Of a stretch of 64,000 bases of DNA, positions 60,901 through 64,000 are shown one piece after another. The notes below the pieces were generated by a model. It was not told the origin of the DNA and ran no database searches. It saw only the letters and a program-made list of their open reading frames with translations. Positions within the stretch are counted from its first letter, which is position 1. Every line of letters begins with the position of its first letter. The translations under genes were made by a program, and so were the position numbers. The stretch is from the NCBI RefSeq assembly GCF_030684315.1, contig NC_081360.1:86851780-86915779 (forward strand). Reading direction: 5' to 3'. The stretch is from Stegostoma tigrinum (lineage: Eukaryota).

Positions 60901-63883
60901 ACCCAGACTATCTAGTCTCTCTTCACAGCAATCTGAAATGCTGCAGCCAGGAAACATATTGGCAAATCTCCTATGCACCCTCTCCTATGCAATCACATTG
61001 TTCCAATAGTGTGGTGACTAGAATCGCATACAGTATTCTGGCTGTGGCCTAACTAACATCTTCATATAATAACTTATATCTTCATCATAACCTCATTGCT
61101 CCTGTATTCATTGCCTCAACTAATAAGTGCCTTAACTAATACAGGTTAGATTCACATATCCCTTCTTCAACCACCCTATCCAATTGCCATGTTACCTCCA
61201 AGGATCTACATACATGAATACCAAGGTCTCCTTGATCCTCTGTACTTCCTAGGGTCCTATTATTCATTGCGTGCTTCTTTGCATTGTCAGTCCTCCCAAA
61301 TTGCATCACCTCACACTTCAGAACGTACAATTGTAGAAATAAGACAGCATAGAAGGGGGCCATTTAGCCCATCTTGTGCTTGATGACCCAAAGACACAAA
61401 GGGTACCCTTTCTTGTCCCATCTTCCTGTGCATGGCCCTTTGCCCTGCAGCTCACACCTTTCAGGAATAAATTTCATCAGCCAATCCTCTGTCCATCTGA
61501 CCAACCATCTAATTTATCTTACTGTTTAAGGCTTTCCTCCTTCTGTTTTACTACACTGGCAAAATTTGTATCCTGTGCAAATTTGATTACCAAATCTCCT
61601 ACATTTATGTCTAGATCATTAATGTTTACTACAAATAGGAAGGGATCCTGCACCAAACTCTGTGATATGCCTCAAAACACAGGCTTCCAAACATACCTTT
61701 GACCAGCAGCAGCCTGTGCCTCCTGCTGCTAAACCAATTTTGGATCCAATTTGCCAAATTGCCCTGAATTCCATGGGCTTTTACTTTCTTGATCAGCCTC
61801 CCATGAAACACCATGTTAAAAGCCTTACAGACTATATAAATGGCATTACCCTCATGTACACAAACTGTAATCAAATTGTAAGACATGATCTCCTGACAAA
61901 GCAATTCTGACTACCCTTGCTAAATCCTTGTTTCTCCAAGTGAAGAGTTTCCCTGTCACTGATGTTAGACTCACTGGCTTATTGTCCCGATCACCATTCT
62001 TGAACAATGGTCTTCATTAGTTGTCTTACATTCCTCTGGGACCTCTCCTTTGGCCAGAGAGAATTTGACAATAAGTTTGCTTCCTGAGTGAAAAAGTATA
62101 TCCTGATTTCCTCCTAAAGAACTGGCCACCTTGTTTGAATCAGATCAGCTTAAACTATTCATTTTAATAAAATCAGTGAATAAAGGACTGTTTAAGAATT
62201 TTTAAAATGTTCGTCATGAAGTTATGGCATTGTATTTAGTTGTGAAGTTGACTTTCAGTACAACTTAATGAAAATATAAAGCTGACAGTCATCCAATGAC
62301 AAAATGGTATCTAAGCCTGCTTCAAAAGGTGATGCATACTGATGTTACTGCTACTGCCACTTCAGACTGCTCTTCCAAACACTATTATCAAAGTGTTTTA
62401 AGTATTCATTGTAAAACACAGAGGGACACTTACATCACTCAAGTTGTTTGTATTTATCTTGGCCTGTACAACCTCTGGCATGTCTGTAATTGGTGTAAAC
62501 TTGGCAAAATTAGCAACAGCCTTTTCTTTATAAGCTTTCTGAAAATGAACAAAGAGACAGAAAATGAACAACACGTTTTACGTTAATGTAGAATGAAAAT
62601 CCCTAAAAGACCCGTGGGCAACCAAACACATAGGGAAAGCTGTACTCACTTCATCTAATATCGCCTGTGCATTTTTCACCTTTTTATGCTCAACTGAATC
62701 CAAGGGAATCCAACCACAACCACGTACCCATTCAAGGTCTGACTTGTACAGGTACTAAATGGGAAAGAATGACATAGGAGAATGTCAGCAAACTTCAAAA
62801 TGGCAAAAATGAAGGACATACATCCTGGTTTTGAATCCTTCTCAACTCTATTCAGCACGTTCTCTGTCTGGCCCTTTAGCTGAATCACACAATAACTGAT
62901 GATGACAGGATGATGCAAAAGTATCATATTGGGTCAACTTTTGCTAAAAGGGCAGGGTTAACAGAGGCTACCTGTGTCCAGAGCACATGAGCAAGGTACC
63001 AGAGGGATGCTAGTGTCCAGGATGAATCATTAAAATGGGTAGGGTAAAACACTAAATGGAAGTATGCTAATACTCACATCACTCTGCAAATCATAAGCCT
63101 TCTTTGCCTGGATCACATCATTCTGGTCTGGCAGACAGGTCCATTCATGTAAGTAATGTCTGTAGTCAATCTCACTGACCCGTCCCTGGCATATCTTAGA
63201 CATCACGATGTCCAACATGTCAAGTGGCACATTTACATTAGCCTTAGTTTTCTCAAATTCCTTCCTGTACTCCTTGCTGCTCTGCATCTTGCCAACATGC
63301 ATACACCAAACCATTTTGGGGTCATCGTGAAGATCGTGACATCCAATATGATGGCCACGTTGCTTGACATAGTCAGCCTTATATTTAAGCTGGCACACAA
63401 AAGAAAAAAGGTACAACCAGTCAGTTAGAAAACAAATAGCAGAGAAAAAGAGAAACTGAAATAGTGGAAGTCAGTCCAATGAAAAATGTATTAATTTATC
63501 AACGTGGTTTTACCAATTTTCAATTAACATTCCCTTACCAATGCATAGAATCACAGCCTGGGAATTCCACTCATTCAGAAATCCAATTTCATCGAAAATG
63601 TCTCTCAATGATCTGAACGATATGATAACCTTGTTCAGAAATGATCACTCCATGGTGGAATATGTTGACTGTCTCAGCATTACATCTTTTTAACAGCTAC
63701 TATACAACTTGTCACTGAAGTACCTCTGGTGTCAGGCAATTTACAGTAAGTGGCACTGATCTGAGCAAGACTCACCTCACTCTGTTTGTCTTGTGATGCT
63801 CTGGCATGGCAGATTGACACGGCATCAACTGGCATTTTGTAACCAGTTGCCTTCAGCTTCTCCCAACCATCTTTGTACAATTT
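883..63883 (-). CDS. NEB: Nebulin gene, internal portion (44 exons; last super-repeats and first C-terminal simple repeats); both gene ends lie outside the window
   Basis: 44 AG...GT-bounded exons, each a multiple of 3 nt, translating to SDxxYK modules. A WLKGIGC-type motif recurs every 7 modules, and module order matches recalled human nebulin. Confidence 0.97.
2379..2477 (-). CDS. NEB: NEB exon w43 (99 nt), extra simple-repeat module, possibly a cassette exon
   Basis: VEYTKQKLRGHGAASYDTPTMRVAKKANILSSN has nebulin Y...DTP...AKK...S spacing; tag/gtaaga; phase 0. Confidence 0.85.
3780..4090 (+). mobile_element. Old L2-type LINE 3' remnant
   Basis: Degenerate resemblance to recalled L2 3' end (...ctaaaactcctttctttgaccaaattttgctcacc). 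Confidence 0.45.
4705..4901. mobile_element. Penelope-derived fold-back mini-element
   Basis: ~69-bp inverted arms 4705-4773 / 4798-4866; flanking direct repeat aaattc(g/t)acct at 4694-4704 and 4902-4912. Confidence 0.8.
4771..4798 (-). ncRNA. Minimal hammerhead-ribozyme core motif (Penelope type); activity unknown
   Basis: Minus strand reads CUGAUGA-A-GGG-ucuagg-CCC-GAAA-C-GUC. Confidence 0.6.
5098..8050 (-). mobile_element. CR1 LINE ORF2 fragment (5098-6632 plus 7813-8050), interrupted by a nested CR1
   Basis: ORF 5412-6224 contains PGNYRPVSLTSVVGK, SQHGFVKGRSC and YMDFSKAFDKVPH; the endonuclease-end segment TLDLVMGNEPG lies at 7813-8050. Confidence 0.92.
6633..7812 (-). mobile_element. 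5'-truncated CR1 LINE with intact 3' end, nested in the above
   Basis: SGVPQGSVLGPLLF, FVDDTK and MEFNPGKCEVMHFG motifs; short tandem-repeat tail gaacaaagaacaaagaa at 6633. Confidence 0.92.
8540..9055 (+). mobile_element. CR1 LINE 3' fragment
   Basis: tttaccaggatgctgcctgga...gggcctgtactgtgctgtaatgttccatgttctatg; similar to 54148-55530. Confidence 0.85.
9909..10013 (-). CDS. NEB: NEB exon w42 (105 nt)
   Basis: IGYRTKAREEASRGIISLGRPDIELAKEVSKLTSQ; cag/gtaaaa. Confidence 0.93.
10111..10212 (-). CDS. NEB: NEB exon w41 (102 nt)
   Basis: IDYKKDAKSKLAYTSVADRPDILKATEAAKLISD; cag/gtgagt. Confidence 0.93.
12166..12276 (-). CDS. NEB: NEB exon w40 (111 nt)
   Basis: KLYKEQFEKDKGKSSYSIMMEPPDVKHAMNVAKCQSN; cag/gtaagc. 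Confidence 0.93.
13336..13446 (-). CDS. NEB: NEB exon w39 (111 nt)
   Basis: KKYKEAVKKELPHAAYMKLPETRGTSHVREVSKLLSG; cag/gtgagt. Confidence 0.93.
13630..14505 (-). mobile_element. Two degraded Deu-domain (SacSINE-like) SINE copies (~13630-13840, ~14190-14505)
   Basis: agagtcaac...gctgtggatctggag...ggccagacc..gtaag...agatttccttccct, shared with the copies at 30765 and 32265. Confidence 0.6.
14621..14725 (-). CDS. NEB: NEB exon w38 (105 nt)
   Basis: IKYKLKHEKERGIYQAVPDTPQMLHAKSVINLMSE; cag/gtactg. Confidence 0.91.
14925..15520 (-). mobile_element. tRNA-derived SINE split by a CR1 3' fragment (CR1 at 15047-15487)
   Basis: A-box gttagctcagttgg (~15504-15518) and B-box gggttcaattcc (~15005-15016) are separated by CR1 sequence (RNLFTQKVVNLWNSL). 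Confidence 0.75.
16515..16625 (-). CDS. NEB: NEB exon w37 (111 nt, degenerate super-repeat motif YLKGC)
   Basis: VDYKLDREYLKGCKISVPVYGDKNMILAVENTDLASG; tag/gtaagt. Confidence 0.92.
17265..17850 (+). mobile_element. tRNA-derived SINE (~17265-17470) followed by a Deu-domain SINE (~17500-17850)
   Basis: B-boxes ggttcaattcc and gggttcaaatctc; Deu-like tacatgtgactccaggcccacag...ccctctgaaatggcc. Confidence 0.6.
18176..18280 (-). CDS. NEB: NEB exon w36 (105 nt)
   Basis: LDYKKKYEATKAKWMWTADRPDFVQAYKASQQQSE; tag/gtaaga. Confidence 0.93.
19130..19400 (-). mobile_element. Old Penelope-like element 3' fragment
   Basis: Translates LGTLQPFGFNAEVGYF, similar to the ORF end at 27624-27836. Confidence 0.5.
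20291..20395 (-). CDS. NEB: NEB exon w35 (105 nt)
   Basis: LKYKENYERNKANCNIHGDAFSIRAAKSAYKNTTN; cag/gtaagt. Confidence 0.93.
21097..21204 (-). CDS. NEB: NEB exon w34 (108 nt)
   Basis: IKYKLEHNRDRAKGYTSIHDTPMLLHMRSVKDKISD; cag/gtaagt. Confidence 0.93.
21560..22235 (+). mobile_element. CR1 LINE 3' fragment
   Basis: LQLYRTLVRPLLEHCIQFWSP motif; tail ending ttctatgact. Confidence 0.88.
22240..23250 (+). mobile_element. Possible degraded LTR-like repeat
   Basis: Ends ...ggatctgtaata followed by a weak PBS-like ttgaggaactttacctggg; resemblance only. Confidence 0.25.
23483..23587 (-). CDS. NEB: NEB exon w33 (105 nt)
   Basis: WIYKKDYEKAKDKYTSIFETPDNIRTKNVTKLISD; cag/gtaagt. Confidence 0.93.
24590..24969 (-). 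promoter_or_regulatory. Candidate splicing-regulatory motifs around exon w32 (RBFOX UGCAUG x3, QKI ACUAAC x2)
   Basis: Sense-strand UGCAUG at 24960-24965, 24964-24969 and 24590-24595; ACUAAC at 24652-24657 and 24664-24669. Confidence 0.55.
24837..24941 (-). CDS. NEB: NEB exon w32 (105 nt), probable mutually exclusive exon B (human exon 144-like)
   Basis: QSYKSEAKFKLRRGCNELLRPDMLTAIYNSILGSQ; cag/gtaaaa. Confidence 0.9.
25189..25293 (-). CDS. NEB: NEB exon w31 (105 nt), probable mutually exclusive exon A (human exon 143-like)
   Basis: KSYKAFYEKQKSKYTLVLDDPRNLLAKRSGRLSSQ; cag/gtaatt. Confidence 0.9.
26973..27077 (-). CDS. NEB: NEB exon w30 (105 nt)
   Basis: YKYRESVAKLRNNFKYTADTPHIRHAQAATAILDE; cag/gtttgt. 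Confidence 0.9.
27327..28159 (-). mobile_element. Penelope-like element 3' fragment with inverted terminal duplication
   Basis: GIY-YIG C-terminal-like peptide LGLLQCHNDTTRKLKEQHLVFCLGSLQPDDLNLHF; inverted arms ~27379-27668 / ~27858-28155; direct repeat taggacct at 27319-27326 and 28160-28167. Confidence 0.8.
28330..28780 (+). mobile_element. Old CR1 endonuclease-region remnant
   Basis: Degenerate ggagatttagccttcatatcgat...aaaggtaattacaggggtatgaag, resembling CR1 ORF2. Confidence 0.5.
29295..29600 (-). mobile_element. CR1 3' end remnant
   Basis: ctgctctgccattcaacaagatcatggttgatctg, shared with the copies at 15047 and 41303. Confidence 0.7.
30120..30250 (+). mobile_element. Solo Penelope terminus with degenerate hammerhead core
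   Basis: ctgaagaagagtctaggcccgaaacatc at 30123-30150; direct repeat gaagagatg at 30111-30119 and 30251-30259. Confidence 0.8.
30332..30436 (-). CDS. NEB: NEB exon w29 (105 nt, super-repeat motif)
   Basis: VKYKEDLGWLRGIGCYAWDTPDLMLAEKNKELYSQ; tag/gtaaga. Confidence 0.94.
30765..31115 (-). mobile_element. Deu-domain (SacSINE-like) SINE, near full length
   Basis: tRNA-like head at ~31040-31115; Deu-like core gagggcagttaaaagtcaaccac...catgtaggccag. Confidence 0.7.
31574..31678 (-). CDS. NEB: NEB exon w28 (105 nt)
   Basis: VKYKEKYIQQLGLWRSIPDPPENMHHRMVTDAIST; aag/gtgagt. Confidence 0.92.
32265..32565 (-). mobile_element. Deu-domain (SacSINE-like) SINE
   Basis: Colinear with 30765-31115. Confidence 0.7.
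33053..33157 (-). CDS. NEB: NEB exon w27 (105 nt)
   Basis: LRYKEAFEHAKGHYRTVKDALNIVYHRKVTDDISE; tag/gtacac. Confidence 0.93.
33259..33363 (-). CDS. NEB: NEB exon w26 (105 nt)
   Basis: KKYKEQYEKFKSKYTTIPDTPTLLISKKAYIIASD; tag/gtatgt. Confidence 0.93.
33694..33798 (-). CDS. NEB: NEB exon w25 (105 nt)
   Basis: YLYVELATKDRPHYIPHEHTTSLDHAKHVKDFASE; cag/gtaaga. Confidence 0.93.
33892..34105. mobile_element. Tigger/Tc1-mariner-like MITE
   Basis: Imperfect TIRs caggtatttctaccattaac ... gttataggagaactacctg followed by TA; internal gcaattttctatagc subrepeats. Confidence 0.6.
34370..34474 (-). CDS. NEB: NEB exon w24 (105 nt)
   Basis: LVYRAQGNEAKTKYTTRLDTVDLNRAKHGQKIQSQ; tag/gtgagg. Confidence 0.92.
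35457..35561 (-). CDS. NEB: NEB exon w23 (105 nt)
   Basis: TGYDKAAKKIRDKHTSVLDTPEYRRVTELKTHLSN; cag/gtaagt. Confidence 0.9.
35820..36010 (-). mobile_element. tRNA-derived SINE (same family as 17265 and 14925)
   Basis: Reverse-complement similarity to 17265-17470. Confidence 0.6.
36325..36423 (-). CDS. NEB: NEB exon w22 (99 nt, super-repeat motif)
   Basis: NKYKEDLQWLRGIGCFLYGTPEMIRVRDFHKFW; tag/gtatgt. Confidence 0.9.
36523..36627 (-). CDS. NEB: NEB exon w21 (105 nt)
   Basis: LAYKSDYFRFKGQKISLPITPELLHHRYVGIITSN; tag/gtaatt. Confidence 0.92.
36727..36831 (-). CDS. NEB: NEB exon w20 (105 nt)
   Basis: RLYRLHYDTHKDKIHPTHDTPELRQVKATQEAISD; cag/gtaagc. Confidence 0.93.
36929..37036 (-). CDS. NEB: NEB exon w19 (108 nt)
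   Basis: LKYKEAYEHMKARGYKLIPETISITAAKKADLILNQ; tag/gtagcg (weak donor). Confidence 0.85.
38815..40040 (-). mobile_element. Old L2 LINE remnant, interrupted at 39312-39528
   Basis: CLPHIRYEMSRNFLRLNHEKTEANIFG resembles the L2 RT motif WMxxNFLQLNxxKTE. Confidence 0.7.
39312..39528. mobile_element. Penelope-derived palindromic mini-element (two termini back to back)
   Basis: ~90-bp inverted arms centred on cttcttc-a-gaagaag; perfect 12-bp TSD aggatggtgatg at 39300-39311 and 39529-39540. Confidence 0.85.
40055..40162 (-). CDS. NEB: NEB exon w18 (108 nt)
   Basis: NLYRDTGRSLLPTGYTIPADIPFLKHAKNVDHNRSD; tag/gtaagt. Confidence 0.93.
40248..40355 (-). CDS. NEB: NEB exon w17 (108 nt)
   Basis: FVYHNSYMTNIKGTVAPTTKTVDLDRARHAYKLQSE; cag/gtaagt. 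Confidence 0.93.
40721..40825 (-). CDS. NEB: NEB exon w16 (105 nt)
   Basis: IQYKAKAEASRDQFTPVMDTPVYRQNVTNTQQLSD; cag/gtaagt. Confidence 0.93.
40950..41054 (-). CDS. NEB: NEB exon w15 (105 nt, super-repeat motif)
   Basis: VLYKDDLNWLKGIGCNVWDTPQILHAKKSYDLQSD; cag/gtatgt. Confidence 0.94.
41303..41675 (-). mobile_element. CR1 3' fragment
   Basis: cataagaccataac tail; gcaatgaattccacagact motif. Confidence 0.75.
42451..42562 (+). mobile_element. Solo Penelope terminus, truncated before the CUGAUGA box
   Basis: gaaatgtcagcc...gatgctgcttggcctgctgtgttcatccagc...ttctccagcatctgcagttcctactatctc. Confidence 0.8.
44190..44935 (+). mobile_element. CR1 3' fragment
   Basis: Colinear with 21560-22235. Confidence 0.87.
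45354..45460 (-). mobile_element. Solo Penelope terminus with degenerate hammerhead core
   Basis: Minus strand reads atgatgaagggtctagacctgaaatgtc; candidate TSD aactgtatagaaga / aattgtatggaaga (12 of 14 match). Confidence 0.8.
45772..45969 (-). CDS. NEB: NEB exon w14 (198 nt, 2 modules)
   Basis: RLYRQNYENNKMKVHIMPDM...IDYRKYLHEWTCLPDLQINIHAKKVCEQLSD; cag/gtaagt. Confidence 0.94.
46551..46664 (-). CDS. NEB: NEB exon w13 (114 nt)
   Basis: IKYREEYEKFKALYTLPRSVEDDPHTVQCLKAGKLSLD; cag/gtaagt. Confidence 0.94.
46815..46922 (-). CDS. NEB: NEB exon w12 (108 nt)
   Basis: NAYKLAWDKVKATSYTMPGDSFSIALAKNQKDILSP; cag/gtaagt. Confidence 0.93.
48207..48311 (-). CDS. NEB: NEB exon w11 (105 nt)
   Basis: VRYKEDYEKNKDKYTTVLDTVDYNRTKGLKAMFSS; cag/gtaagt. 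Confidence 0.94.
49332..49436 (-). CDS. NEB: NEB exon w10 (105 nt)
   Basis: IKYRTDGKKNFENYSVITDTPVYVTAVQSGLQLSD; cag/gtaagt. Confidence 0.93.
50496..50533. repeat. Imperfect (TG)n microsatellite
   Basis: tgtgcgtgtgtgtgtgcatgtgcatgtgcgtgtgtgtg. Confidence 0.85.
52083..52187 (-). CDS. NEB: NEB exon w9 (105 nt, super-repeat motif)
   Basis: FVYKDDLNWLKGMGCFAWDTPEILRAKHSYDLQSE; cag/gtaaga. Confidence 0.94.
52535..52870 (+). mobile_element. Penelope 3' region: pyrimidine-rich tract plus terminus
   Basis: ctgattaagcgtccaggcccgaaacgtc at 52778-52805, followed by the family terminus. Confidence 0.8.
53455..53652 (-). CDS. NEB: NEB exon w8 (198 nt, 2 modules)
   Basis: LEYKKNYEDTKAAVHLPNDM...[31 protein letters not shown]; tag/gtaagt. 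Confidence 0.94.
54148..55530 (+). mobile_element. CR1 LINE RT plus 3' end, frameshifted
   Basis: SQHGFVRGRSCLTNL, MEFNPEKCEVIHF and QFWSP motifs; internal 15-bp tandem duplication at 55205-55234. Confidence 0.92.
55735..56045 (-). mobile_element. HE1-type V-SINE (elasmobranch SINE)
   Basis: V-domain-like tttgcacattctccccgtgtctgcgtaggtttccgttgggtgctccggtttcctcccacagtcc on the minus strand; head ggtggcacagtgg. Confidence 0.85.
57459..57572 (-). CDS. NEB: NEB exon w7 (114 nt)
   Basis: LKYKELYEKLKGHYLAGGDIKDFPAVIHAMAMDKMRNM; cag/gtatgt. Confidence 0.92.
57669..57776 (-). CDS. NEB: NEB exon w6 (108 nt)
   Basis: KVYKDDWDSHKALGYTLPPDYLPLVVAKHADNVSSE; cag/gtaagt. Confidence 0.93.
58595..59510 (-). 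mobile_element. Two adjacent old LINE 3' remnants of one family (also ~49560-49790 on +)
   Basis: The repeated unit gatatatttccaagt...gggaact...tgttcc(c/t)atgt(g/a)tctgct occurs twice. Confidence 0.6.
59727..59831 (-). CDS. NEB: NEB exon w5 (105 nt)
   Basis: LKYKETFNLDKGKYIGAADYPHLAHSRKMAKHISQ; cag/gtgagt. Confidence 0.93.
60570..62070 (-). mobile_element. Old CR1 LINE fragment, with a short second 3'-end insertion at ~61325-61470
   Basis: KAFNMVFHGRLIKKVKAHGIQGNLANWIQNW and KCEVMQFGR motifs. Confidence 0.85.
62434..62538 (-). CDS. NEB: NEB exon w4 (105 nt)
   Basis: KAYKEKAVANFAKFTPITDMPEVVQAKINTNNLSD; cag/gtaagt. Confidence 0.93.
62650..62754 (-). CDS. NEB: NEB exon w3 (105 nt, super-repeat motif)
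   Basis: YLYKSDLEWVRGCGWIPLDSVEHKKVKNAQAILDE; tag/gtgagt. Confidence 0.93.
63078..63389 (-). CDS. NEB: NEB exon w2 (312 nt, 3 modules)
   Basis: LKYKADYVKQRGHH...HEWTCLPDQNDVIQAKKAYDLQSD; cag/gtgagt. Confidence 0.95.
63776..63883 (-). CDS. NEB: NEB exon w1 (108 nt)
   Basis: KLYKDGWEKLKATGYKMPVDAVSICHARASQDKQSE; tag/gtgagt. Confidence 0.93.
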
Positions 63884-64000
63884 CTAAAAGGAAGGAACAC
63901 AATGCAAGTATTAGACTAAAAATGATACAAATCAGCCCTGATAAGTGTGTAATTAACATTTCAAGATATTCTGTCTTCTGGAGAAGGGGAATGAATCAGA

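Noticed and set aside
16-63428. Numerous 60-135-aa ORFs on both strands as independent genes
   Set aside because: They are antisense shadows of NEB exons, frames within repeats, or low-information intronic ORFs with no recognisable domain.
883-63883. Assignment to NRAP, nebulette or LASP instead of NEB
   Set aside because: Module-by-module order, the 143/144-like pair and the continuation from super-repeats into C-terminal simple repeats fit nebulin.
1-64000. Prokaryote-type systems (CRISPR arrays, operons, defence islands, IS elements)
   Set aside because: The sequence is a spliced vertebrate gene with LINE/SINE-filled introns; there is no repeat-spacer array or gene-dense region.

Overview
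This is eukaryotic vertebrate genomic DNA, very likely from a shark or other elasmobranch, judged from its HE1/V-SINE, Deu-SINE, CR1 and Penelope-type repeats. The whole window lies inside a nebulin (NEB) gene on the minus strand. I located 44 coding exons by hand (883-63883), all GT-AG and all phase 0. They encode ~35-aa SDxxYK actin-binding modules covering the last super-repeats and the first C-terminal simple repeats; both gene ends lie outside the window. Introns hold CR1/L2 LINE fragments, SINEs, a Tigger-like MITE and several Penelope-derived termini carrying hammerhead-ribozyme core motifs. The main points of interest are: (1) a probable mutually exclusive exon pair equivalent to human NEB exons 143/144, flanked by RBFOX/QKI motifs; (2) an extra module exon with no human counterpart that I can recall; (3) fold-back Penelope mini-elements with target-site duplications, one with an intact CUGAUGA...GAAA-GUC hammerhead core in the NEB sense strand; (4) an inverted pair of these termini bracketing exactly one super-repeat. 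Comparisons to human nebulin and repeat consensi are from memory, and repeat boundaries are approximate.
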